Positions 23,656 to 36,875 of a DNA stretch of 64,000 nt are shown piece after piece; within the stretch, counting starts at the first letter, position 1, and the number at the start of each line of letters is the position of its first letter. Both the position numbers and the translations under genes were made by a program. Source of the stretch: Catajapyx aquilonaris (Eukaryota); assembly GCA_000934665.2 (NCBI GenBank), contig JYFJ02001741.1, forward strand, positions 1 through 64,000, written 5' to 3'. A model generated the notes under the pieces. It saw only the letters and a list, made by a program, of their open reading frames with translations. It was not told where the DNA came from and made no database searches.

Positions 23656-25006
23656 GGTCTTGGCCCGTTAGCTGGAGATAAAGCAGATTTAGCAATAAAA
23701 AATTGCGAAATCGTTACAAGTACAGATCGTGCAGGAAATGCATGTTTTCAGTTGTCTGTACATGCACGCTAATGATGGGAAATGTACTATAGGTTGTACC
23801 TATACGTCACAGGACTAATAATAATGTTTGCAGGGGAATTTGCTTACTTGTCATTGCTAAAAACGTGAGAAATTTATTATCCACGCAACTTGTATGACGT
23901 TAGTTTAACAAAAATGTGTGAAAACGTTTGGTGGGCAATATTGTTTAATGGTTACAAAATAATTATGACCTCCTTTCAGATCATGTAACAGTCATAGTGT
24001 ATACGTACATCTGGCATGAACCAGCCACAAAAATGTCTACTTTTAGCGCGTGGTAAAAACTATCTTTAAACAGAAAAATGTGCAAGCTCACCAGTATAGT
24101 GTTGTGAGCTGTAGTTTCGCAGACTGCGTTTTCCTTCATCTCCAGTCACGCTCTCCCAGTGTGTGTGACCCAGCATAGACCGACCTTTTCATGCTACCTG
24201 CCCACGAATCCAAAGTTCCAATCAAAAAAATACACCCATGACGTATTTCTCCCCCCAAGATCCTAGCTGTTTCTCAGCTGCTGTGTGCAACCTGGCTTTT
24301 CTAAATTTACCTCAAGTTTGCTGGCAACTGGCGCACATAACGGATCCGAAGCAGTAAGTGTGCTCAAAATGAGCTTGAGAGAGAGGATGCCTTTAAGTCA
24401 ACACGTGCAGCTTGACACAGCTGTATGTCCTCTGCACTAATGATCAGCTCTACAAGTCCAGCACATACACAACTGGGTCATATTCATGCCGATAGTGTCA
24501 TTGTGTGAACCTGAAGTCATCATCATACTTGACAACTGCATATTGTGCGTTACTCGATCATTGTTCCTTGGAAGTATGACGCATCAGTGATTATCCAGGG
24601 TGCAACAGGTAGGCCTATACTATCAGGCTATTATGTGTGGCAGGTTAATTACTTGGGATCAGTAAAGGATATGGCTCGAGGTTAATTAGGATTTTTTCTC
24701 CTGAAAATCGTTAAGAACTACAAAAAGATATGGGCTAAAAATATGAAAATGTGAAATTAGCATTATATTCAATCTACTCTCACAAAAGGTTAAGGCAGTA
24801 CATAATAAATTGTGTGAAGCATATAATATCACACTCCAATAGGAACATTTATGGGTTACAAAATAATATGCAACAATTGGTAGTACTTTTTGGCCTCACA
24901 TAGGCTCTGCAATTCTGCACTTTAGTTAACAATACCTTGATTCAGAGAGGATGTTATGGAAGTGCAAGTGGCAGTGACACAATTGCATGTCCTCCTCCTG
25001 AAATTC

Positions 25007-25206
25007 AATACTTTGTGCCACTTTGTAGCATAATTGATAAAAGCAGCAATAAACTAAAGATAAAGTGCACCAAGCTAGTAAAATAATTTATTAGTGACAC
25101 CTGCAACTGCAGGTGTCACGAATAAATTATTTTACTAGCTTGGTGCACTTTATCGTTAGTTTATTGCTGCTTTTATCAATTATGCTACAAAGTGGCACAA
25201 AGTATT
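25007..25206. repeat. Near-perfect 200-bp palindrome (99-bp arms, 2-nt spacer)
   Basis: 25007-25105 is the reverse complement of 25108-25206, with 2 mismatches seen. Confidence 0.95.
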
Positions 25207-28200
25207 TAATGTTGCAGGTGTCCCATGTGGGTCAGATGTACTGGAATATTATGGGGGCAGGTATGACATGGACTGCATAATGATGCAGGATATGTCTAGG
25301 AGGCATTGATTACGTAATGATAATAAGGTGACACATTTTTGTCACCTGTCTTTCTGGTCGCTCCTCTCTTTTATTCTCTCCGGAACCATTAAAGCAGCAG
25401 CCAGTCTATAGTGACACCTGCAAGTTGTAAAGTACATAAAAATGGCCCCTTAGGCCAACACTTGTTAGCTCAAGGTAGAAATGACATGTTGAATACATAA
25501 CTTACAAAAGCATCTGGTTTATTCAGAGTTTCTTTTTCATGTTGCTTACAGCATCTAAAAAAATGAAGGCACCCTTTATCCCTTTTGCTAAGGATCAAGG
25601 TACTCCTTGAAATGGAGAGTACCCTGCTACAGATAGAATTCCATTGCACAACCCACTTCCAGTGTCAATATCAAATTGCTGTCACAGGAAAACTAACAAA
25701 TAAGCCCATGGAGACCAGCAAGTGACAAGCACATTGGTCTGTATTTTTTTATACTTTTTTGTTTCTTAAACCATCACCTCGGCACAAATGCTTTTACAGT
25801 AGTAGTACTGTTACCTGTTACACAGTTTATTTTTTGACACACTAGCAAGTAGGATTTCAGACTATCCACCACTTTTTAATGACACAATCTTGTAACATGG
25901 CACAAGTACGTCAATATATACTTTTATTACCATTTATGGTTTGCTCCGTTTCATTATATTGTATGAATTGCATTACCTCAGATAACAGTTGCAGAATTAG
26001 CAGTGCCATCCTCCCACATATCCGTAGAGCTGCTGTCAGCATTGCCAACTGAATGGCTCTAGATGAGGGCAAGAGCACTGCTATTTCTTCCTCCACAACT
26101 AAGCTAACAGGTTGAGGGGGAAAAAATGAAGATTCATGATTGGACGCGAACTTTCTCCACGTAAAACTGTCTAAATGCTGTGGAAGAACCACTGACGAAT
26201 TGAGTGATACGGCTTAAAACTAAGGACTCTTTGCCTGCTTCTGTTGGGGCCCACCGCACTTATTGGTAATAAAATTACGACACTATACATTAGAAAAATA
26301 CTGTTACCAGTTCCTGCATGTTTGATGCAACCTGCAATGCAGGCCACATCTTGCAGAGGTATCTGAGCAATCTTTCAGGGGCTCTACATATCAACTGCAT
26401 TCACTTGACATCCACGCACCCCTTCTCTTCATCACACACACGCACATACACACTGAAAATTGTAATAAAAAAGTGTCTGTGATGCTCGTTTACCCTTGAT
26501 TGCTCCAGCTATGACACAACAAAAAAAAAAGTCTGCAATAGTGTCACCTTAGGAAGGTTGTATATGGGATATAAGATGTGATGAAAAGATATGGGGAAAG
26601 GGACTACACCAAGCCAATATCACAGATATGACACCCACATTAAGTCCTGGCCCTCGGAAATAACTGCTTTGGGGACACTGAAAGTGACATACTGTCTTCC
26701 TCAAAGCCACACTATTACAGCTCACACACAAAAAATCAACGTGATATTTAAAAAAAGACAGTAATGGAATAAATAGATGAACGCCTTCTCCTACCATGTA
26801 AATCCGTTCATGGAACAGAAAAATCGGAATAGCATGACTTCAAAAAAAACCATCTGCAGAGGTCCTGCGTACCAATATTTGTTGGCCAAACTCTTAAACT
26901 TGCTGCCTTAAATCATCTCGTCATTAGTGAGACTTTCGCAGGAGTGTCCGTGACGAAACAAAGTGAAAATTGCACTGAACTTTTTTTAGATACAAAAATA
27001 TTCCTCATGGTTTAAGTCAGGTGGCACTACAATGGTCTTGTTTGCAAACAGAACTTTGATTTTGCACTGTATCACAGAAGAGAGTCGCGCACACAGATAG
27101 TCAGATACACACCAAAAGGCACCTCTGCAGAAGGCAGTTTAGAGAACAGAAGCCTTGCAAGGAAGAGTCACGATTGCCCACTGAGCCCCCTTCCCAAAAA
27201 AGGAAAAAAAAAAGTCACTGGAAGTCCTGATGTCACCACCTCCCCTGCACTGGCAATCCTCACTCCAGTCTAAAAGGACGGATTGGCAAGTCTGTTCTTG
27301 TAAGTTGCTCCCACACAAAACTGGAAAAATTGTCCAACTTATGCACATTGGCAGCAGGGTTGTCCATCAAAAGCTTCTGGACAGTAGCACTGAAAGACAA
27401 AAGAAAAATTAGTAAACTGATGCACAAACATGCACTTCCATGTAATCATAAGTACTGTACTAAAATTACTATGTGTACTCTCCAATAGTATGCCAGAAAA
27501 AGGAGTAGCTAGCCTCTCAGCACAGATCATTCGCAAGTTTTAAGGATGACAAGAGAACTTGGGGGCAGCATCACGACTTAACCCCACGGGATTGTACTGT
27601 AACTGTGTTACTCATTGAAATTCAATCTGATGCCAATCTATATTCCACATCACCAGGACATGCATAAATTATTGGATTGGGTGAGCAAACTTCCACCACA
27701 GAGAGTGACGCGGACCCTGACTCAGAGACCAGTTTGCATGCAAGATCCATATCTTACGAGTAAGTGTCCCTGACATACGGAGGTTATACACACACACTTG
27801 CATCCTACTCGGCTTATGCACTAGTTCAGAACATTATTCAGACTATCACTTACAACAATAGTATAATGTACAGGCTGCATTTCAAAAACTTGCGTTCATG
27901 TGTCATCATTATCAGTAATAAGTACCTGTTAATCTGTAATAATGGGCTTCGCCAATCCTGCACCACTATTATTTTACTGATTTTGAATTATGAACTAGAA
28001 AAAACTAAGATTACATATAAACTTGTCAATTACCATTTGTATCGTTCTGGTGCAGGATTTTCCCTGCCTTTTTATTTATAGCAGAAAACTTTTCGCTAAA
28101 TATTCTTGCAATGGTGCGACTCCGCTATAAACAGGTTTCACTGGAGCTTAAGCAGCAGGTTAAAAATTCCCTCAAGGCATATGTACGCAGTAACCTCCAG

Positions 28201-28369
28201 TGCAAGTTAATGTCAGGAAAGCTTAAAAATACCCTCTCAGAAAAGGTATAAAAATCAGTTTCCAAGAAAAATACTCCCAATGTGGCCACAGCTGTGAAAA
28301 CCTTTTCCCCTTGAGCACCCCAAAAAGACTCACCATCTGTTTCAAGTGCGAAACAGGTTGAGCCAGCTT

Positions 28370-31300
28370 TCAAATGATGCATCCTGGTTTAGTCCCATAC
28401 AAATGTTTCAGTTCGGGAAAGATTATTTTGCGGATGTAGGAAGTCTGCTTGGATGCCAGCGCCTGCCTCTTGGGGTCCCGGGCATTCTTCTTGATCCCAG
28501 GCCGGTGCACCAGGAAGGCGTTGTCCAATATGTGGAACTCATAGTCCAGCACGCATAGGGCAAATCCCTGAAGACAAAATTAAAAAGATGTTACCAAAAT
28601 GCTTGAACACTCATTAGTAGTTAGTACAGTAGTTCAGAAGGTTCAGGGTTTGAACCTGGTGATAACAACCATTGAAACCTGTCTTTCCCTACAGTTTTTC
28701 AGTTATATTATTATAAAAGGCAACGTTTGTTTGTTTGTTTGTTTGTTTGTTTGTTCGTTTGTTTGTTTGTCCAGCTGCCAGCTCTGCCCTCTTGTGGCAA
28801 CCTGAGCGCCACCAGAAGTGGCAAGAGTTGGCAACTGCCAAAAGTTGTCTAGTTGGAGCTTATCAGCAGCGCAGATTGGGAGAAATCGGTTCAAAAACAT
28901 CGCGTGCTGAAACCTACTTTTGGACCAGATTAGAGTCCACTGACAGCCAGGCTATTAAATGTTCCGTTCCAACTGCACACATCACGTACATGGGGGTACT
29001 GTTAAATGGGGGCTACAATCAGATTGGTCGCTGACCTACGATATATGTGGACAATATACACAATAAGTCCCGTCCTAGCAATTTGGCCAATTGGTCATGC
29101 CATCCAATCAGTTTATGGAGAAAGTCGTGCACTACTTTTGACCACACGACCATCTCCCAAAAATGAAAACAGGACAACATCAACAGAAGCGGCCATCCCC
29201 AAAAAGCAGCAAAGGTAATGAAATTAGCTGGCCGAGAGCCAGGAAAACGATCATTAATAACCTCAAATGAGCGATGCTTCCTCCAGCAGGTCACACTCCC
29301 CGAAACTAATGGGCTCCACTAATCAAATATAGCTGGTTAGCAAAAAAAATTAGCACACTTCATCGGAACTATGAGTGACACTTAAAATCTAGATTTTCAT
29401 AAAACCGAGGCCGCTTCCGCACGAGATGATCCGCACTATTACCCAAGTGCTCCTTAATTAGCCAGCAACACCACGCCAAAATTAGAGGAAGGTCCGTGGG
29501 GGTCATCCCCCAGGTATTTTCACCAGGGGGAAACAACCTATGGCTAAGTGATGGATGAAGGTTTCCTACATGCTGGATCCAATTTGGAATGCAATTTTGT
29601 GCATGGAAAGGTGTTGCAGAATTATCCTCGGTGGTCAATGACCCACCTTTTTCTTTTCGACCTTGAACTCACCTCCAGGGAGCCCTTTTATTTGGTCAAG
29701 TGGGCGGAGCTGGCCGAAATATTGAGCTGGGTTCTGGTAAATTATTGCACCTTTCAACGTCGTAAAGTGCTGTAGTACAATGCAAAGACGTTTAACACGG
29801 TGCTAAATATTTTAGTCAATTACTAACACGCTGAAAATAATTTATTGCGACATGAAATTTATATTTAAATTGACGCCACACGAACCGAAATTATGATTGG
29901 ATTAATTTTAGGCTGAACTAGTTTTGAACATTACAGGAAGACATAAAAAAGTAGATCGCATGAATAAGTCATGTCGTCATGTACTTCCTACGCACCCTAC
30001 TTTTTAACGCCTATTTGTAGCCACGAGCACAGTTATGTTGCTTAGCATTTTCAGGAAGCGTATGACCCACACACACACAAACAAGGTTCGATTGTTATTA
30101 CCAATACGCAATCGATTGCCGTTACCCTGGACAAGTTACGATCGTTCTGGTTACCCTGTTTATATTCAGGCCGCACGCACCCAATTAATCAACCTGATTA
30201 ATATTTTACGCCCACATCAGCCCACCTTAATTTGGAAATACTTTCACATAACACGCCGGAAAATCAATTAACAATATTTACACCGCAGCTCGAGATTTTA
30301 TTTAATACCAATTTTTCCTGACTTGTTCTGCCTTAAAATTTCGCCTGCACGGTGGCGACCTGCGCGACTGCAGCAAATCCGTCCGTCTGTTGTCGACACA
30401 GATGCATTAATCATCGGAATTCCCTGCTGGGAGAAGCCCCACTTGGAAAACTGTTATTGACGGAAAAGTGTCGAGGAGCTGATTTGTCGCCCAACTCGCG
30501 TCAACATGTAATAATCACTCCTGTTGCAACAACGGGTCATACTTCCCCAGGTGAAGGTTACATGACATCTCTTAGCTCACACATTAAACGGCCATCCAGT
30601 TACATGTCTGCTCCTTTTTAAGTGTATTCATCTGCACGTTTGCGTGGCTTCTAGAGGTGACTCCTTATAACCGAGGATCATGCGAGCTGGTTATTATTTT
30701 TTCCCATCCAGTATATAGCTTTTTGTAACTCTTTTAAACCCACCCATCGCATCAATCTCAGTCAGAATAACAACTAGCCAACCGTTTGATGGCACTTTCA
30801 TAACTGGAGATGGACTGATTTACAAAAGGACCGACCACAAAGAGAGGAGTTAGTCAACCGTGGCCAGTCAGTAGATACACTTTCGTCACGCATTGATTAT
30901 GCAACGTTGTTACAGTGCAGGACAACACAGTTTGTTTCTAATCAGCCCGCCCCTTTCAGTGTACACACTCGTTGAAACAGTCCGAGTCAATCATGGCTCG
31001 TTGCAACAAACTGGTTTGACATTTGCAGGGCAAGCAAATTGGGTTATCTATACGTTGGCAGTAAGACTGATTTTAGGGGAAAGATAATGATTGCAGCTAA
31101 TTTGTCTTCAAATGTATCGATATTCATGGGTGACGTCTTGGGCACGCTATTGGCGCAATGTGATTTTCTACTTTATCTGGACATACATTTCCCTCCTCTT
31201 ATAAATGACAACAATGGTCATTCCAATCTTCAGTGGCAGCTATATCTCTCAACCTATTACCTGGAAGTGCCCTAGAAGGTGTCCTGCCCCATTTGGAGAA

Positions 31301-33900
31301 ACGACACCATAAATTTGAGGGTGTGGTCAAGGCCATTCTCACCTGAGTCATCTTGTCGCTCTTTCCTTCCCAGCTGAGCCTCTCGTCGTACACAGGATCC
31401 TGGTTGGTGCCAATGAAGATGGGCTCCCAGTGGTGGTAGGGCTTGTGCCTCTTTCCAATGTGGAAGACGTGTACCCCCGGGTTGACGGCCGCCACCATCC
31501 ACTCTCTGGCCTTGGGTATCTTGTGGCACTCGGCGCAAACCTTTTGATGGAACGGAATGGCCGACTTCTTCTTGAGCATTCGGATCAGTTCCTTCTTGTC
31601 CTCCGGCAGCCTCGAGGACTCCTCCACCTCGAAGATGGACATGACGAAGACCTTCGGAGCCGGCCGGAGCACCTCCTTGTCTCCCCTCCTGATCATGGCC
31701 AGGAAGTCGGGTATCAGGTTGGGACTAGGGTACAGCTCAATGTCCGACGGAAGGATGTAGTGGGTGTGGGAGTTCTCCCTGGCCACGTTGCGACCCACGT
31801 TCACCGGGTAGGTCAGCCCCTTTCGACGCCTGTACGTGGTCAGGTTGGACCACGGAGCCGGGTTGGAACAGTTGACCACCGAGGTGTTGAGGAGCGCCTT
31901 CTCGGGTCTGGGTATCTTCGGAGGGAAGTGCTTCTGGTCGAAGTACAGGTGGAAGGAGACCAGGTCGCGGATCAGGTTGGTGCTGCTACACTGGTGCAGG
32001 TGCTGGATGACGGACAACGACGCCTCGAAGTCTGTGCCAGGGGCGTAGACGGCCACCGACACGGGGCCGCCCCACCTCTCGCACAGGGGCTCCAGGTTGT
32101 CCAGGAAGCTGAAGTCGCCGTGGGTCGTGTACGTGATGCTCTCGTCGCACGCGAACGTCCGTTGCCCCGGTATGTAATTGTGGAGGACCCAGTATGGGCC
32201 ACGCTGTACGTACCGGGGCATCGCCTTCCTCCCCTGGCACGGTATGGCCCGGGGCTCCTCTGAAGATACAACAAACTGCTATTAAGACGGAAGCTGGGCG
32301 CCATTAAGTATTCAGTTTCAAGAACTTCGACAGAAACACTCACAACAATATTCTTGGGTTATTACACGCAGTTTTTACATTCCCTCGTTTTGCATTATTA
32401 AGCGCTTGCATTTGGGCTTTGGATCGATGGAAAAATTTCGACCTCGGAAAGAGCTGTCGTTTCCATAACGTTATGATCCAGCAGTTCGGCTTCATATACG
32501 GCCCATGCAGACAGGGCCATTTGCATTTGAAGCGTCGGATTAATGTAATTGTATATTTACTGTGATTTCCAGCCCCCGCCAGTACATCAATTTCATGCGG
32601 AGGGGTTAAGAAAGGGCTGGAAGTGTTGTGTAATGCAAGATTATCTCACTGATGAAGAAGCTCTTGGTATGCGAATAATTTATTATCAAATTACAAAAGT
32701 AATTATCATGTACTTTACGACGATGCCACCGGGCATATGCAGTGTCACACAGGAATGCAGGAAATGCTAAAGTACATAAAACACGGAAAATAAAACGCTA
32801 TAAAACCTGAAACCCTAACAAACTACTCATAAGCGGAACACAGTTACACACGGCCCATGAGATTTTTTTTTTTTTAAAAAATTATGCATTGTTTACTCCT
32901 GCCTTGATTGTTACTTCTACCATTTCAGTCCCTTGTTGTCCAGCATATGCAGTACATCCTTTCAAAATTCAAACTAGTTCATTCACATGGACCCTGAACC
33001 TGACCTTAATCCGGCTCGATTTTAGGCCCTTTACATGCCAGCAAACTGGCTAAATCAGTTTATGACACAGTGTAGGCGGAAACTCCAGCAATACTCTACA
33101 GTGTGTGGTACAGTAGCACAGTGCCCAGAAGGTGCTCGTCCTAATGATGGCTACGTCGGGATACAACTTTATCTCTATGAATTCCTGTGTCCAGCAAGCC
33201 CTGTAATATTACTGTGCCCCCGACCAATTAAAGTGCAGGAGAGCAAAGAAGATGAGGAGGGAAAAAGTCGATCCCCGTGTTATTTGATGTTAGACTTTTC
33301 GCCAGAAGATCAATACTCGCCGGTTCTAAACCTAATTTTGATGCCAAAGAAGAAAATTTCAGCTTCTGGCCTGAAAATAGGATCCACGTCATCGCCCCCC
33401 AAAATTACAGGGTGTGTGGAAAAATCTTTGATAATTTTAGCGTGAGACCCACCTCCAGTTGTGGTCTTGTCGCTGCTTTGTGTTGAGGTGGCCGTACAAT
33501 CCGGGCACCTCAGCGACTTGACGGTGGTGACCACCTGCTGTACCGGAGGCGGAGGAGCCATGGTGACCACAGCACCAGTGGACTCGTTGGCACCAGCAGG
33601 CACCACCACATTCCTGGCACTACCCCCAATTATCTCCTGTCCAACCCCCACCACACTACCACCACCACCACCACCACCGCCATCCTGAAAGACGGCGCTA
33701 TCTATGGACGTCAAGTCCCTCCTGAGGGCCTGCCCCTGTCCCTGCCCCTGTCCCTGCCCCTGTCCGGTGGAGGTGAGGGCAGCGGCATTGGTGACCTGGG
33801 GGGCGTATCCCTGGTTGATGTGCACGGCCACGTAGAAGACCACGCAGACGTTGATGAGGATGCTCACTTTGACCAGCCAGTTCCTCCTGCTCAGGATCAT
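28370..33900 (-). CDS. GT49-family B4GAT1-like glycosyltransferase paralog C (most conserved), 520 aa; exons 33900-33453, 32259-31343, 28567-28370
   Basis: TM segment VSILINVCVVFYVAVHI plus a low-complexity stem; YTTHGDFSFLDNL, YPVNVGRNVARE, PSDIELYPS, WEPIFIGT, RLSWEGKSDKMTQ, LDNAFLVHRPG. Junctions G|AG (phase 1) and Q|G (phase 0). An acceptor at 34071 implies upstream 5'UTR exon(s). Confidence 0.92.
28703..29323 (+). mobile_element. Possible non-autonomous Helitron/Helentron-like element with a (TTTG)n tract
   Basis: The 5' tatattattataaaagg followed by (tttg)n at 28724-28770 is typical of insect Helitron-N elements. A weak 3' cccg...ggg...ctaat end lies near 29300-29323. Confidence 0.4.
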
Positions 33901-36439
33901 AGTGAGTAGGGGTCATGAAGATGGATTCAACCGAGCAGGGGGCGGGTCAGGGGTCACCACCGCTGATGTACCACCACCAGCAGCTCGCAACTTCTTGCGC
34001 CCAGCCAGCTTTTTATACTCCGGGGGTTACCCGCACCGGCACATACTTCTTGCTAGACGCTCTATCACACCTGTCAATTCAGAAACAAATATTTCATTAA
34101 TCAGTGTTCAAGTCGGTTAGTTTATTTGTAAATAAAATAAAGCAAACGAAACGATAAATCAATACATATATCGATATACTGGTAGGTTAATTTGTAAAAA
34201 AATAAAAATAAATATCGACGTAAGTGCTGTAATGCAGTATAGTTCATTCCCACAACCCAACAAAAAGGTGCGGATAATTCGTCACGAGATCGCGTAATAA
34301 AAGGTTCTCCTATAGATAAAATGTGCGGCAATCACTCGATAGTTAGACGACCTTAACAGACACACTGAAAACTCCCGAGAATCTATTCACTTCCTTCATT
34401 CCAGACACTTTTCGTGCCAGTAATGAATAAGAGGGGTCGTGCGTTTCAAGTACACCCTTCCCTGACACTGATATTCAATTCATTGTGCGCCAACAATATA
34501 TACCCAGGACGATTTTGTAGAGCGGCTTTCATAGCTTCATGCCAAGTTCAGATTTACACTTTTGATGAGAATAAAGATATGACTTGTGGCAAAAGGACAA
34601 AAATATACCACCCGACCCAAACACACAGTATTGTGATAGCAATCACCTTGGCTCCATGCCACGTACGGGGCCAACGCAATTATAACCCGATTCATAAAAC
34701 CTCCAAACGTAATTTCCATCTTTGTGGGTCACCCCACCATTGACACAATTTTAAAAATAATGCGTCAGACAGCCTTTTGTAGTGTTTCCTTTGTATAATT
34801 ACTCAATTAGTGGCACTAACGATATATACATAGTAATGGACTATAACTTAACCTCGTTTTTTTTTACCGAAATCCCTAATAATGCCCATATTTGGAGTAG
34901 AAAAATATTCAGGGTAAATTGCCCATTACAACTGAGACATACCTTGCATCGACAGGCACTGTCAGAAGCACAAGTCTGGCATGGTTTCAAGCCCGGTTTG
35001 AATCCGTTCGCTATGCAAAATGTCTATTTCCAGGTCTCTCCATTCTCCCTTGCCAAAAGCTCACCGATGCAAACTGCCATTTCAGCTGAGCACTGCACAA
35101 CCGACTCTTGCCTAATTAATTAAGACAAACGAGACGTTTTAACGGAATCGTGGCTAAGATCCTCCCCATTAACACGGTCACGCCCCGTTTCTTCCCCGAT
35201 CCGGTTCTAGTAAATCACAAAACTTGGTTCCGCAACGCTGACTCTTCTTGTTAATCTCGGCCTAACCTACTGCTTGTGACGACCTTGCGGGTCACACATT
35301 TTTTTTTGTGTGGGTGTCCCACAAACCTGTCGTCTTTTGATATGATTTATTGTCGGAAAATATTTTCGTAAAAAAAAAAGAGGAATGTTACGATGATGAC
35401 AACGGAAACACTATCCGGGTGTAATTAACACCACCAGAACATGTGCTGTTGAGGGTGTTAATTTCCATCTAACCACACCTCCCTGGGCATATTCAGTCAC
35501 CTTGACCTATGCCAGGTTCATATACGGAGCGTATTAAATGACAATATTGCTTTACCATTAGGTGCAATAAACAAGACAAATGGGGAGCGTCACGCCATTA
35601 TTTTTCTTAGTACACTAATTATTTTTTAGCAACTATATGCCGGTGTTAAATCCCTCGAACACGTTTTAGTGGGTTCAGCAGCACGCATATCATAGGGAAA
35701 ACCGCAACAAAAGTGACGCCCAACATTATCGGTCTGTGTTCATACCTTCCCGGGCATTACATCCGTCTGTCTTCAGGCCCAAAAATTTTCCCAGCCCGCA
35801 CCACATCCCCGGGTATAATCAATGCACCAGGCCAGGGGTCAGCCACGGGTCGATACCACGCACATGTCCAGCTCACAAACTGACCACTCTCCCAAAACTT
35901 TTTTTCCTTCCTATATACACAACAGCGTGCGAGCAGGTCACTAGTCTAGTGCTGACTAAACCGGAGGACGGAAGGTTGCTGGGGTGGAGTTGGGGTTGCT
36001 GGGGTGGAGAAGGGGGGGCCGTTACATCTCCGACGTTGCCTTTCCGTCCACGGAACAGCCGGGTACAAACGCGTATCAGAGATCGATAATTATATGCAAC
36101 TTCAATTGACCGCCTTGTTTCGCTGACTTGCCTGATATGGTTAAATGCCCCTCGTGCTGCGGCTCAACCTTACCCAACTTGTGTGCTGTAATTATATGGG
36201 GGGTCATGACCGGGTCAATAGCTGCGTTAGGTCAGTGGCGAGTGGAAGCGAGATTTCCCCTCAGTACATATCGCAAGACACACTTTCACACGACTCACCG
36301 TGATTCGTCGCGAACAAACAAAAATGGACATGAAAAACCGTCGTGATAATAGCTTTAGACTTGCTTTCTATAACGGGCTACCATAAAAAATGAAGATTGC
36401 AGGCTGTTCAGTCGTTCTCGCAACTGTTCGCCGAATTTA

Positions 36440-36875
36440 CAGTGCTGTCGGCATACACAGCTCCGTTAGGCAATAATGCACATACGGTATTGCTAAATTG
36501 AGGAGAAAATATTTTTACCTTCAGTAGACCTGTGTATGAATAGGTTTTCCAATAATGCAGAATCATCATAAGAATGTCTGAATTTGACAACCACATGTTC
36601 GACTCTATTGTAGCACATGATGTCCTCTGCCTTACTGAATATATATCATACTGAGTAAGGCAGAGCACATCATTTGCTACAATAGGGGGAGTCGAACATG
36701 TGATTGTCAATTTCAGACATTCTTATGACGATTCTGTACTTGAAAGGCCTCAGTATGCATTATTGGAAAACCTATTCATACACAGGTGTATATACTGAAG
36801 GTAAAAATATTTTCTCCTCAATTTAGCAATACCGCATGTGAATTTTTGCCTAACGGACCTGTATGCCGACAGACT
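36440..36875. mobile_element. ~430-bp foldback MITE, Tc1-like CAGTG terminus after TA
   Basis: Two ~200-bp arms are inverted over the whole length (e.g. ggtattgctaaattgaggagaaaatatttttaccttcagta / tactgaaggtaaaaatattttctcctcaatttagcaatacc), with a short AT-rich loop near 36640. Confidence 0.85.

Noticed and set aside
31430..32263. 277-aa plus-strand ORF
   Set aside because: It is antisense to the GC3-rich paralog C exon; the lack of stops is explained by codon bias.
35423..35463. Small hairpin aattaacacc...ggtgttaatt
   Set aside because: It is too short for a pre-miRNA and could be chance.
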